In this document: positions 10,111-20,091 of the stretch, one piece after another | Position numbering within the stretch: the first letter of the stretch is position 1 | Layout: the number at the start of each line of letters is the position of its first letter | Program-made: the position numbers and the translations under genes | Assembly: GCA_008012175.1 (NCBI GenBank) | Contig: SSEF01000011.1 | Location: 6,413-70,412 of the forward strand | Reading direction: 5' to 3' | Length of the DNA stretch: 64,000 nucleotides | Origin: Candidatus Moraniibacteriota bacterium | GTDB lineage: Bacteria > Patescibacteriota > Minisyncoccia > Moranbacterales > UBA1568 | Notes under the pieces: model-generated | Told to the model about the DNA's origin: nothing | The model's input: the letters and a program-made list of their open reading frames with translations, nothing else | Database searches by the model: none

Positions 10111-11469
10111 ATGAACTATAGCCACTGCCAGCCTGGGGTCGGCGACTCGTCTTCGTCGTCCCCGAGCCTTTTTATGGGACTTTGTGTGACGGGAGCGAGC
10201 GCGTATGGAGGCTACTATTACGGGCAGCAAAATATGCGCGACTACTTTTTGCGCATGGTCCAGCAATTTGATAAATTGCCCGCAGGCGAGCGCAGAGCCA
10301 AGGACTTTATGGCGCAGTTCCCGACCGAGAAGCCGCTTTGCGACTTGCTCGTAAAGATAGCCGCCGCCGCCGCCGCCGTCCCAAGCATCCCAGCCCCGCC
10401 CCCGAACACTCCGACAACGACTTCGGTTCCAACCACTGTCAAAACCGTAGCCGCCCTCGAGCCAGTCAGTCTCCCGAACTATCTTCAGTGGCTCTTTACC
10501 CAGGCTCAAGCTGTTCCGTTCAAACCGAACCCTGAACATTTCGACTTGCGGCCCCTCTTCTCGACCGCCTTCCTGACGAGTTTTCGCCACCATCTTCAGA
10601 GCGCACAAGCAGCCGCAGTACAGGCTGCACAAGCCGCCGCACAGGCGCCCGCAAAATTAGCGGAGAACTTGCGAACCGAGCTTGCCGCTCTTCAAGCCAA
10701 GTACGACGACGCCATGTTGCAACTCGGAGCGACCCAGGCTGATTTGGCGGCGGCGCAAGAGGAGCTGAGGTCAACTCTGGCCCTCCTAGAAAGCAAAGAA
10801 CAGGAGATTCGGAGCCTTCAGCAGCAGCAACAACAACAACAGCAACAACCACCACCGCCTCCACCGCCTCCGGCGCCGTTACGTAAAATGCCCCAAGGAA
10901 ACTATATTAATTGGCTGCTAACGCCGCCACCAGACAACAAGCACATGCCTTTCGAACCAACGCAGAGCAAGCCAAACACAAACGAGCTGCTCGAGGCCTC
11001 GTTCCTAAGGGCCTTCCGAACCGCACTCAATAGCAAGGTCCGTCCGCCCGAAACCCCCCTCACGACCACGAGTTATATCGCCTGGCTAAAATCTTCCGAA
11101 GACAAGGAGTTTCCCGCCACACAGACACCCGGCTATCACACGACCAAGTTCCGGCAGAATCTCCTGGACGAACTGGGGCCGTGGTTGAGGCAGCAGGGCG
11201 GATTGAACAGTTTGCTCGACAAGTGCAAGAAATTCGAAAAGGACAAGGGCATTCAACTGCTTTCGGCCTCCTCGACTGCCCCGGAACAAGTGTCGCGTCA
11301 CGACCTGGTCGTGGCTTACATGAAATGTTTGTTCCGAGAGCCACCGGACAGCCTCGAGCCGTGCGTCAACAATGAAACTTCGTTCTTGTCTCTGGACTTT
11401 GCCGACTTTTTGGCCCGGCTCTGCGGCATCGTCGACGATGTCGCGGCCAATAACCTCTATTCTCTCTAA
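10111..11469 (+). CDS. Coiled-coil protein with polyQ and polyP tracts.
   Basis: ATG at 10111 in ORF 10078..11469. Heptad-like AENLRTELAALQAKYDDAMLQLGATQADLAAAQEELRS is followed by QQQQQQQQQQPPPPPPPP. The upstream motif TTTAATTTTGTGTGCGCACGCGC is present. AATAAA follows the stop. Confidence 0.5.
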   Translation: MNYSHCQPGVGDSSSSSPSLFMGLCVTGASAYGGYYYGQQNMRDYFLRMVQQFDKLPAGERRAKDFMAQFPTEKPLCDLLVKIAAAAAAVPSIPAPPPNTPTTTSVPTTVKTVAALEPVSLPNYLQWLFTQAQAVPFKPNPEHFDLRPLFSTAFLTSFRHHLQSAQAAAVQAAQAAAQAPAKLAENLRTELAALQAKYDDAMLQLGATQADLAAAQEELRSTLALLESKEQEIRSLQQQQQQQQQQPPPPPPPPAPLRKMPQGNYINWLLTPPPDNKHMPFEPTQSKPNTNELLEASFLRAFRTALNSKVRPPETPLTTTSYIAWLKSSEDKEFPATQTPGYHTTKFRQNLLDELGPWLRQQGGLNSLLDKCKKFEKDKGIQLLSASSTAPEQVSRHDLVVAYMKCLFREPPDSLEPCVNNETSFLSLDFADFLARLCGIVDDVAANNLYSL

Positions 11470-11519
11470 TAAAAAAAACTTTATTCTGTATATAGCACAT
11501 TTTTTATTTTTAAAAATTT

Positions 11520-12125
11520 TTATGTTTGTCGTTGCCGGCCTCCCAGGAGCCACCAAAAAAGAAGGGCTGCCCCCGCTCCGCCGGCGATGTAGAGGCCGCG
11601 GCGCCATCCGCTCGACCTATTCTCCATCGTACTCGAACTATTCTCCGTCGTGCTCGCAATCATGTTACCATCCACCGTCAAACCGCACGTATCCCGAACC
11701 TCGATGGAGAGCACGGCCCGCCAGCTGCCATGGCTCCGCCACAAATCGTTTAGCTCGGCGAGGCGCGGCGGACGCTCTTGATGAGTGCAGTGCTCTAGCG
11801 CGAGGCGGAAGGGCGCGTTGAACCAATTGTGAATTCGCAGCCACTGGTCCGGGTAAAGCGGCTTCTCCGGGGAGTCGTACGCGGCCACCAACACGCTGAT
11901 TAGGAGCGAGGCGCGCTCCGTGAGCGAATTCAAAGTCGAGGCGCGCTCCGTGAGCCAATCCAAAAGAGCATAGTACAGTCCCGAAAGCCATGCGTCTCGC
12001 GTTCCGAAGCGGGACGTGGCCTCGGCCTCGTCAATCGTAATCATCAGCAAGTCGCCTTCGAGGCGCACATCTCGGAGCGGGAACGCGGTCCGCCGCCGTA
12101 GCTCTTGTCCAAAAAGATACGTCAT
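11520..12125 (-). CDS. Hypothetical protein with a C-terminal transmembrane segment.
   Basis: 201-aa ORF ending in GLYIAGGAGAALLFWWLLGG. It converges on the 10111 gene across an AT-rich AATAAA-containing spacer. Confidence 0.45.
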   Translation of the reverse strand: MTYLFGQELRRRTAFPLRDVRLEGDLLMITIDEAEATSRFGTRDAWLSGLYYALLDWLTERASTLNSLTERASLLISVLVAAYDSPEKPLYPDQWLRIHNWFNAPFRLALEHCTHQERPPRLAELNDLWRSHGSWRAVLSIEVRDTCGLTVDGNMIASTTENSSSTMENRSSGWRRGLYIAGGAGAALLFWWLLGGRQRQT

Positions 12126-12197
12126 TTACGTCTTTTAAAGGCGAGGCCGCGCCGCGCTCTATTTAGTTCATTTTCTGAAACGCCAGAGTTATTTGTG

Positions 12198-12220
12198 TTT
12201 AATTTAGTGTGCGCGCACAC
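12198..12220. promoter_or_regulatory. Bidirectional promoter motif TTTAATTTA-GTGTGCGCGCACAC (perfect 14-nt palindrome) between divergent genes 11520..12125(-) and 12268(+).
   Basis: Direct reading. Related copies are at 10068-10091, 59309-59329 and 38123-38142. Confidence 0.4.
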
Positions 12221-12267
12221 GAGAACCTCCACAATTCTTCTCTTCTCTCCTTCTCTCTGTTCCTACT

Positions 12268-15200
12268 ATGGACTCCAGCAGCGGGAAGAACGACGGTGGC
12301 AGGGGCGACCCCGTGCCCAAAAAATTAAAGATATCCGATGGCGAGCTCGTTTCACGCATATCCAACTTGTTTTCGACGGGCAAGCTCACCAAATCAACCG
12401 TCGGCCTCGGCAATGTAGACAACACGAGCGACCTGAGCAAGGCCATCTCGAACCCCACTCAAGCGGCCCTCAACGCCAAAGTTAGCACGAGCACCACCGT
12501 GAACGGACACGCTCTGAATCAGTCCGCCGTTTCGCTTGTCAAATCGGATTTTGTCGGAACCGTCGTGTCCGTCACTTCGTCCATGACCGCGAGCGCGTGG
12601 GAAACGGTCGTGGCCGCTTCGGCCGCCTCGGGACCAATAGTCGTCACGCTGCCAAACATGTCGGCCAGCACGAGCGGTCAGACGCTCGCTGTCGTAAAAA
12701 CAGACGCCTCCGCCAACACCGTCTCGGTCCAGCCCGGAGCCGGCGCGACTTTGAACGGAGCGACGTCGAGCCTCGCTCTCAGCAATCAATGGGACGCGTG
12801 CATCATTGCCAACGACGGCTCTACGAAAGCGTACACCCTCGCCAAAGCCAGCAGTGGCGGTGGCGGCGGCGGTGGCATTTTCCCCGGTCCCGTCGGCATT
12901 GGAACGAACTCTCCGCAAGCGCCACTTGACGTGGAAACGAGCTCGACCTCGGCCTCGTCCTCGACGGTCTCGAGCTATGGCGTTTCACAGTGCAACGTGG
13001 ACGAATTTGGATATGCCTCATGTGTAAGCGCCGGCGGGCGCCAATCCATCTCGGTGAGCGCGCACACAATCTCCGTCGGCGGCACGAGCTACCCGATCGC
13101 TCAAACCAACCTGACGGGCCTCTCCACGAACTCGTCCATCTACTATGTCTATGCGGACGGCCTCTCGGGGAGCGCCAATGTGAACACGGTGCCGGCCGAT
13201 TTTAACATCGCCCCGTACCAGCTGCCGGGCGCCTATCTAAACTTCGAGTCCGGCCTGGACGACCCGTTCTGGAACGCGTGGAGCAACGGGCAGCAGGCGG
13301 CCATCACCTTGGACTCGTCGAAGAGCAAATTTGGAACGACGAGCTGCAAGATCGCGGGCGGCGACTCGCTCATCATGGCCCGCAAAAAAAAGTCCGTCGT
13401 CGAGAGCCGGCAGGCCATCTTCCTGCCAGCCTGCCCGTTTTGGCAAATTGACGCATGGTACTACATTACAAACGTGTCGCCAGCGACACAGTCTCCCATG
13501 ATGACCTATCGGAGTTCATCCACAAACACTTCCACCGCTAGTGGAAATGGATTTGGTCTCTACAAAACTGCAAATTTAATCGTCGCCTACATTTCGACAA
13601 ACAACTCGGATTGGAACGTGGCCAACTCGTACAATTGTGGCACGGTGCCCAACAACCAGTGGTTTCAAATGGGCGTGCGCTACGACGGCGTAAACTTCAC
13701 CGTCAAGGTCAACGGAACGCTCACCACCTTTGCGAGCTCGGCGGGCCTGGCTAATTTTACCGCCTCGAACAACACATACTGGACGCAATTCGGCCCGCTC
13801 ATCGATCAGAGCGCCAGCTACAGCTTCAACGTGGACGAGATCATCATGACGCCCTATCTTAGACCGTGGGCGCCTTCAAGCGCCTTCGTCTACACAGACA
13901 ATTGCCTGGTCGGCTCGCCTTTCGCGGCCTACCTGACCGGAACCTCGGGGCAAGTGGACGGCTACAATTTGAAGTGGTTCGGCAACCTCGTGGCCGGGCC
14001 CAACTATCCGGCCGGCAACGCCTCCTTCGCCCTCAACGACACGACTGGCCGGATCTGGTCGCCCGTGTGCCCCAATCTAAACGCCTGCAGCGAGTGGACC
14101 ATTGAGGCCTACATCTACGTGGCGTCCGTGTCCGCCTCGGCCTACCTTATAAACCTAACCGCCACCAACGACGAGGCCTCGCTCGTGCTCACCTTGAACA
14201 GTGCCACCCAAATGCAAATCAACATTGGCACCTCGACCAGCTTCAACATCTTTCAAGCAACCTTCCCAATCACAACCGCGACCTGGTTCCACTGTGCCAT
14301 CACTTATAGCAGAAAAGGAGGCTACGTCGTTTATCGAGACGGCGTGGTCGCTCAACAAACTCCCACAAACACGCCAATCGCTGCCACGGGCCAAATTATT
14401 TTGGGAAACTCGCCAGGCGGCGGTAACGCAGGTCATGCGTTCTCCGCTTACATGAATTGTTTTCGCATCACGCCCGCCCTCGTCTACACGAGCTCGTTCA
14501 CGCCGCCCACTGGCATGTTGGGCCTAAACGCCTTCCGAGACGTGATCGATCCGAGCACAGGAGCTTGCATCACCCAAGGCCTCAACGCCAGCACCGCCAA
14601 CAAACGCGTCTACCTGGCAAGCGCGCGCCTCGACATTCAGCGCGTCAGCCATTGGATTCCTCGGTTCACCGCCGCTCAGCCAATTGCCAAGCTGGGGCAA
14701 GCGAGCGTCTGGCGGGACGGAAGCATCACGTCCCCGGCCAAATCTTACCACCTGCCCGCGCCCTTCTCAAATTCCAAAGGCTTCATTTGCATCTTACGCG
14801 CCGACGGCAAACTCTTTGTAGGAGGCGACCCGGCCATCGGAAGCGACGGCGCCCTGGGCGTGCCCGTGTCAGCCGGCACTATCGACCAATTCTGGCCCGT
14901 GCCCTCGCAAACAATCCCCTTCAAAACTGTGATTTCGTGCTGGGCTTGCTACTATTGTGTCGACATCAACAACAATGTTTGGGCGTGCGGCTACAACGGC
15001 TACGGAGCCTTTGGCGACGGCACCACCACCAACCGGTCCACCCTCTCACCAATATACTTTTCGGCTGGAGGCGCGGCTGGTCCCAGTTTGTGGCTGCATG
15101 TAAGCTCGCCATCCAATCTAAACACTTCGAGCCTCTTCATCGTCGACGCCGGCAACATGTACTCGTGCGGATCGAACGGGAACGGCCAACTCGGCCTCGG

Positions 15201-16143
15201 CACAACTTCGGCGCAGTACACGCTCACGCAAGTGCCCAAGATAAGCGGCCAGAACTGGGCCGCCGCCTGGCAGTATGGCCTGCTCTCGTTCGCGATCACG
15301 GATGCCGCTTCCGGCAACAAACTGTACGCCTGCGGCACGAACGCCGGAAACAGTTTGGGCATAGCCGCAAGCGGCGGCACCGCCATAACCTCCTTCACTC
15401 AGTGCATAAATGCGGCCGGCCAGCCCATGTCCAACGTAAAGAAGGTTGTTAGTGTATGCAAAAATGGCGTAACAAATAGCGTCGTGTACGCCCTCCTCAA
15501 CGACGGCCGGCTCTACGTGACAGGCCACTCCCCGAGCAGTCCGTATTGGGCGGCCGGCACCGGGTCGCAGTACAACATACCTGGCTTCGGTTTTGTCGGC
15601 CCCATTTGCCAGAACGTCGCCGACGTCGCCGCTTCGGGGGGCGGGGACGATTTCGGCCTGCTCGTGCTCCGAACCGACGGCACACTCTGGACCACGGGCA
15701 GTCAAAGGGGAGGGTTCATAATCGACTCGGCCACTGGCACAATCTCCACTTCACTGCAGGCGGCGACCACCGGCGCGATCGGCGAACGGCTCTTGGCCGA
15801 GTCCATATTCGGCTGCACTTACGCAGGCACCGGCTGCAACGGCGCCATCACCTTCGACGGCCGCGCACTGCTCGGCGGCGCGCTCAACACCCAGACAAAC
15901 GCCCTCGGCGGCTTTCCCATAAACTCGCAAGTCTACACGCCCGTGGAGATTTCCCTCGACCAGGAGCGCATCACCTCAGGCCTCTTTTTCAGCACGTGGG
16001 ACGGAACCACCAATTTTGGCAACACCTTCCTTCAGACGTTCACGGGCAAAATCTACGTGGCCGGAGCTCAAGCGGCCGCGCTCACCGGCCGAGCCGCCAA
16101 TAAACAGACTTTTGCGCCACTTTTCTTTGAGCCGCTTTCGTAA
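12268..16143 (+). CDS. Large fibre/attachment-like protein of 1291 aa. Domain order is phage tail-fibre repeat, LamG/ConA-like region, then RCC1-like beta-propeller repeats.
   Basis: The N-terminal KSTVGLGNVDNTSDLSKAISNPTQAALNAK resembles the phage tail fibre repeat (Pfam Phage_fiber_2 type). The middle has VKVNGTLT and YRDGVVAQQ LamG-like strands and many N-x-S/T sites. The C-terminus has repeated GxNxxGQLGLGT-type RCC1 motifs (GYNGYGAFGDGTTTN, CGSNGNGQLGLGTTS, CGTNAGNSLGIAASGG). Confidence 0.65.
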   Translation: MDSSSGKNDGGRGDPVPKKLKISDGELVSRISNLFSTGKLTKSTVGLGNVDNTSDLSKAISNPTQAALNAKVSTSTTVNGHALNQSAVSLVKSDFVGTVVSVTSSMTASAWETVVAASAASGPIVVTLPNMSASTSGQTLAVVKTDASANTVSVQPGAGATLNGATSSLALSNQWDACIIANDGSTKAYTLAKASSGGGGGGGIFPGPVGIGTNSPQAPLDVETSSTSASSSTVSSYGVSQCNVDEFGYASCVSAGGRQSISVSAHTISVGGTSYPIAQTNLTGLSTNSSIYYVYADGLSGSANVNTVPADFNIAPYQLPGAYLNFESGLDDPFWNAWSNGQQAAITLDSSKSKFGTTSCKIAGGDSLIMARKKKSVVESRQAIFLPACPFWQIDAWYYITNVSPATQSPMMTYRSSSTNTSTASGNGFGLYKTANLIVAYISTNNSDWNVANSYNCGTVPNNQWFQMGVRYDGVNFTVKVNGTLTTFASSAGLANFTASNNTYWTQFGPLIDQSASYSFNVDEIIMTPYLRPWAPSSAFVYTDNCLVGSPFAAYLTGTSGQVDGYNLKWFGNLVAGPNYPAGNASFALNDTTGRIWSPVCPNLNACSEWTIEAYIYVASVSASAYLINLTATNDEASLVLTLNSATQMQINIGTSTSFNIFQATFPITTATWFHCAITYSRKGGYVVYRDGVVAQQTPTNTPIAATGQIILGNSPGGGNAGHAFSAYMNCFRITPALVYTSSFTPPTGMLGLNAFRDVIDPSTGACITQGLNASTANKRVYLASARLDIQRVSHWIPRFTAAQPIAKLGQASVWRDGSITSPAKSYHLPAPFSNSKGFICILRADGKLFVGGDPAIGSDGALGVPVSAGTIDQFWPVPSQTIPFKTVISCWACYYCVDINNNVWACGYNGYGAFGDGTTTNRSTLSPIYFSAGGAAGPSLWLHVSSPSNLNTSSLFIVDAGNMYSCGSNGNGQLGLGTTSAQYTLTQVPKISGQNWAAAWQYGLLSFAITDAASGNKLYACGTNAGNSLGIAASGGTAITSFTQCINAAGQPMSNVKKVVSVCKNGVTNSVVYALLNDGRLYVTGHSPSSPYWAAGTGSQYNIPGFGFVGPICQNVADVAASGGGDDFGLLVLRTDGTLWTTGSQRGGFIIDSATGTISTSLQAATTGAIGERLLAESIFGCTYAGTGCNGAITFDGRALLGGALNTQTNALGGFPINSQVYTPVEISLDQERITSGLFFSTWDGTTNFGNTFLQTFTGKIYVAGAQAAALTGRAANKQTFAPLFFEPLS

Positions 16144-16440
16144 ACACACACACCGAGGCGCACCTGGCCAAATATGGCGAAGGCCGCGGCTCGATTGTGC
16201 GCGTCCTCTTCCTTCCAGGCTGCGTCCTGTTGCCATTGTGCGAAATTCGCTCTTACATGAACGAGTACGTGGCGCCGCCCAATCGACTCTGCCGAAACGT
16301 GTTTGAAATCACGGCTCGGGAGGAGGGCGGGTCGCCAGCATACTTGGAAATTGTGGCTCGACCAAAAATTTTTTATCAATAAAACGTTTATTTCACACAC
16401 ACAAAAGTTTTTAGTTTTTTATTGTGTCTAACAAAATAGA

Positions 16441-16586
16441 TCTTGGAGCCAGCCTGGCTCTCGGTGCTCTAGCGGGCTCTTGGAGCCAGCCTGGCTCTCG
16501 GTGCTCTAGCGGGCTCTTGGAGCCAGCCTGGCTCTCGGTGCTCTAGCGGGCTCTTGGAGCCAGCCTGGCTCTCGGTGCTCTAGCGA
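16441..16586. repeat. 37-nt tandem repeat, about 4 copies (TCTTGGAGCCAGCCTGGCTCTCGGTGCTCTAGCGGGC).
   Basis: Direct reading. It lies in the convergent intergenic region between the 12268 gene and PCNA. Confidence 0.9.
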
Positions 16587-16598
16587 GTCCTTGACGTA

Positions 16599-17618
16599 CT
16601 AGCTAGCGATAAACTGCGCCAAAGAGCTCTTGGGGAGCTCGACCCGCGACGGCATGTAAAAATAGACCAGATCCTCATTGACGATGCCCATGTCATATCC
16701 TAGACCTGCGGCGGTGGAAGGAAGGTTTAGAAAGCTTTTTTTATAAACAAATAAAAAACCAACTCTCTTACGCAACAATGCGGCCTCGCCTTTGACATAC
16801 AAGTCGACAAAAACAGCCTTCTTGTTCTCGTTGGCTTGCCACGACGTCGCCTTGAGCAAACTGCTCGCTGCAAATTTACACGGTGCCACAGCTTTCTCGC
16901 CGCAAACACTCGTCGGTCTGAAGGCCACTTTGGCGGTCGCGTCGATATCGCACATGCTCAGCTCGAGCCAAGGCTCCGAGTAGGTTAGCTCCAGAGCCGA
17001 GTCCGATGACGAGTTCCACAGAGCCAATTTCTTGCACATGCCACAAAATCTATGCGCAGTCGGCAGGCTCAAACTCAGCATCGGCTCGCCGCAGCCAATC
17101 TCAAAACAAGAGGCCTCGGCGGACTCGGTGGCCCGGCGGGTCAGGCGCAGCTCAAACTGGGCCTCGGCGTGCGGAGTCTCGCTAGAAATATCCAAGGCCG
17201 CCGCCTCTTCTGTCGACAGGCAGATTCGAATGGCATTGTATTTTGCGACGCGGCGAAAAATAGTGTTTAACGACTTGACGGACACGCCGATGCAAAACTC
17301 CTTCGCGCACACATAGTCTTGCAATTCGGTCAGGACCGCCGTGGCCGCCAGGTGTTGGTTTGGACCGCACGCATAAATCTTCAATTGCCGCGCCGGCAGA
17401 CACTTGATCTCGAGCGTCTCGCAGACACCATGGAGCGACTCGACTAGTCGGCCCAACGCCTCGGCGTTCAATAACCTGGCCTCAAAGAAACTCGAACTTT
17501 TCCGCTTCTTGCTGGCCGTAACATTGGTCGCAGCGCCGTCCGGGGCCGGGCGCTTTCCCGGCGGCTGCTTGTACTCCAAAACTTCTTCTTCTTCTTGATC
17601 GGACAGAGACGCCATCAT
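16599..17618 (-). CDS. PCNA: PCNA sliding clamp homolog with an acidic/basic N-terminal extension. A candidate 66-nt in-frame intron lies at 16771..16706.
   Basis: FFEARLLNAEALGRLVESL matches the PCNA N-terminus (MFEARLVQGSILKKVLEAL). The C-terminus ...GYDMGIVNEDLVYFYMP parallels IADMGHLKYYLAPK once the GTAAGAG...CCGCAG segment is removed. A TATA lies about 55 nt upstream. Confidence 0.65.
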   Translation of the reverse strand: MMASLSDQEEEEVLEYKQPPGKRPAPDGAATNVTASKKRKSSSFFEARLLNAEALGRLVESLHGVCETLEIKCLPARQLKIYACGPNQHLAATAVLTELQDYVCAKEFCIGVSVKSLNTIFRRVAKYNAIRICLSTEEAAALDISSETPHAEAQFELRLTRRATESAEASCFEIGCGEPMLSLSLPTAHRFCGMCKKLALWNSSSDSALELTYSEPWLELSMCDIDATAKVAFRPTSVCGEKAVAPCKFAASSLLKATSWQANENKKAVFVDLYVKGEAALLRKRVGFLFVYKKSFLNLPSTAAGLGYDMGIVNEDLVYFYMPSRVELPKSSLAQFIAS

Positions 17619-17667
17619 CCTAGGGAGGAAAATAAGTTTATAATTTCGAAAAGAGGCCCCTTCTGTG

Positions 17668-17684
17668 CTTTTTATATACTACGT
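17668..17684. promoter_or_regulatory. Palindromic TATA (TTTTATATACTAC) shared by PCNA (-) and the basic-protein gene (+).
   Basis: It is about 55 nt from the PCNA ATG and about 12 nt from the plus-strand ATG. Confidence 0.45.
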
Positions 17685-17690
17685 ACACAA

Positions 17691-18038
17691 ATGCCACGTA
17701 AATCTAAAAAAGCAATTGCCACCGCGGCACGACTAGCTGTGGCGCGAGCGATGAAGATTAAGAGAGCGGCCATGTCGAAGACGGCGGCTAAAAAGAAAAA
17801 GAAGGGCACCTCGACCAAAAAGACGATACGGCGCCCGTGCGAGAGCAAGGAGGGCATGGCGCTCTACTTTAAAAAGGACGAGAGCAGGCCGCGACATCGC
17901 TGCTTGTCCACCATATGCAGCCGCTCCAAGAACCCCAACCTCCAGTTTGAGCGGCCAAAGAGCGGCATATGTCCTAGGATACGTGACGTGTTTACGGGCG
18001 AGACGATACGCAACGAACGCGCTCTATTCCGGAGCTAA
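17691..18038 (+). CDS. Small basic protein, histone H1-like or protamine-like, with a Cys cluster.
   Basis: MPRKSKKAIATAARLAVARAMKIKRAAMSKTAAKKKKKGTSTKK... The ATG is 12-20 nt after TTTTATATACTAC. Confidence 0.45.
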   Translation: MPRKSKKAIATAARLAVARAMKIKRAAMSKTAAKKKKKGTSTKKTIRRPCESKEGMALYFKKDESRPRHRCLSTICSRSKNPNLQFERPKSGICPRIRDVFTGETIRNERALFRS

Positions 18039-18089
18039 TAAAAAGAATAATAATACCGCCGGAGGGTGGGTCGGCCGGTAAAACAAGGA

Positions 18090-20030
18090 ATGATGGCCGA
18101 TGCTAACGATTCTTCGAGTGCTGATGATATTCGCGGCCGGGACGCCGGCGCCGGCAGGATACCGGCCAAAAAGCGGAGCATAGGAGCGGGACGCAAGCTG
18201 CGCGTTGACAACGCCACCCTCACTCGGCAACTGCGGCAAGTGCTACTGGCGGGGCACAACATAACATTTGACACGAGCCAGACCGATCGGACGACGATCA
18301 TCTCCGCCAACGCCATTTCCATTGCCAACGTGCAGCCCTTGGACACTCTGGTCGGAACGACCGGCGGCTCGCTCGTCAACGAGCCTTTGGACACGGTCCT
18401 CACCAGCTCATTGATCACGATGACTCGGACCAACGGAAACACGCAACTCGATTTGGAGATACCGGACACGCGCATCGTCAAGTACTATGACAGCACGCGC
18501 ACCTATACGAACACGAGCGCGAGTTTTATGAACGACGGAGTCAACTTTACCTACAACGGCCGCGAGTTTGTCGACACGAACCAGCTCGCCGCCGACAACT
18601 TCATCTTCAAGTACGCGCCCGACCCAAATTCCACCGCGCTCCAAGACGAGCTGAGCGTCTCGATCTCATCGAGCGTCTCCAATTTGCCCTGGCACCTCGA
18701 GAGCACCGCGAGCGCGCCCACCGCTGCGCTTTCGGCCACGCTGAACGGAGACTCTATCTATGCTACTTCATTTTCGGCCGCACAAGACTTGAAAATGTCC
18801 GCCACCAGGTACGCCACAGGGGGCCTGGCCTACCCCAACGACTACACCATCGTCTTGGCAGGCACGTTCCCGATCGACCAGACCGCGTCCAACACGTTCT
18901 TCAGCCTGTCGGGAACGACGACAATCTATCCGCTCTCGTTTGGCAACACGACCCTGCAAAGGGACGCTCTCGTGTATAATCTCGGCGAGGCTCATTACAT
19001 TCCCTATGTTCAAAACACGGGAATCTATGTGTTTCGAGTGTCCTTCACGACCGCCTTCACCTCCCTCCTAGACGTCTTCTTCAACGGCCACAAGGTCTAC
19101 ACCAACGCCATCTCGAACACGCTCACGGCCAAATCGCTCGGCCTCGGCGGCCTGCTCAGCCTCGGCTCCTCAACAAACACGGCCTCCTTTTCCATGTCCC
19201 TGCTCACCATGATCGGTTATGCCCAGGCGCTCTCCGATCAACAATGTATTTCGGTGAGCAAAGCGCTCAATTTCGCCAAGCAAGTCTTGCCCGCCAGCAT
19301 CCCCTATCCCAGCGCGCCCACGGCACTCATTCGCGCGCCCAGCATGAGCGCCACGTCCATAAGCGGCTCGGTTTCGCTATTTGGCACGGCACCGTTCGAC
19401 CTGCATCAGACCACGCCAGCCAACCAACCCAGCTATGTGACGCTCTACGGCGGGAGCATAGTTTTTCCCACGTACAACTTGAAATTTTCAGGCGCGCAAG
19501 CCAACATGCTCACCACGAGCGCGATCCCTGCTCGAGAGTCGCTCGTATCGGGCACCTTCGCCATAGCGTACTTGCCCAACGTGAGCGCGGCCAACGACAA
19601 CGAAATTCTGACGGTGGTGGTGCAGTCCGACAGCATCAAGCTCTTGACCCGCTACGTCGCCGGCGTGCACACCTTCTCGCTCGTGATGAACGGCACGCTA
19701 AAATGTAGCTCGGCCATTTCGCATGTGGCGGGCACAAACGACGAGCTCGTGCTCTTTTTGGTCAAGAATCAAACGTCCTTCGGCTTCGTCGCCGTGCGCG
19801 TCGACTCTCTAACAATAGTCGGCTCGTGCGCCTTCCCTTACGCCGCCGCAGGGAACGGCCTCAGCTCGCTCACGGTCGGCCGAACGAGCACGCCGACGAG
19901 CGTGTTTACGTACTTCCTGGGTGACATGTGGTTCTATCCGCGCTCGCTAGCCGGCTACGAATACAAGCTGCACACGGCGCAGTTCAAACAACTTTACAAC
20001 TTGCCACTCAGTGGCAGTATTTTTTCTTAA
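18090..20030 (+). CDS. Structural glycoprotein-like protein with two ConA/LamG-like regions.
   Basis: 647-aa protein from the ATG at 18090 in ORF 18066..20030. It is S/T/N-rich with many N-x-S/T sites and beta-strand-type segments (FFNGHKVYT, LVMNGTLK). Composition is similar to the 12268 gene product. Confidence 0.55.
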   Translation: MMADANDSSSADDIRGRDAGAGRIPAKKRSIGAGRKLRVDNATLTRQLRQVLLAGHNITFDTSQTDRTTIISANAISIANVQPLDTLVGTTGGSLVNEPLDTVLTSSLITMTRTNGNTQLDLEIPDTRIVKYYDSTRTYTNTSASFMNDGVNFTYNGREFVDTNQLAADNFIFKYAPDPNSTALQDELSVSISSSVSNLPWHLESTASAPTAALSATLNGDSIYATSFSAAQDLKMSATRYATGGLAYPNDYTIVLAGTFPIDQTASNTFFSLSGTTTIYPLSFGNTTLQRDALVYNLGEAHYIPYVQNTGIYVFRVSFTTAFTSLLDVFFNGHKVYTNAISNTLTAKSLGLGGLLSLGSSTNTASFSMSLLTMIGYAQALSDQQCISVSKALNFAKQVLPASIPYPSAPTALIRAPSMSATSISGSVSLFGTAPFDLHQTTPANQPSYVTLYGGSIVFPTYNLKFSGAQANMLTTSAIPARESLVSGTFAIAYLPNVSAANDNEILTVVVQSDSIKLLTRYVAGVHTFSLVMNGTLKCSSAISHVAGTNDELVLFLVKNQTSFGFVAVRVDSLTIVGSCAFPYAAAGNGLSSLTVGRTSTPTSVFTYFLGDMWFYPRSLAGYEYKLHTAQFKQLYNLPLSGSIFS

Positions 20031-20091
20031 ATGTATTGTTTTGAAATAAAAAAAGAGAATTGTTGCATATGAAAAATTTTTATTCTAAAAA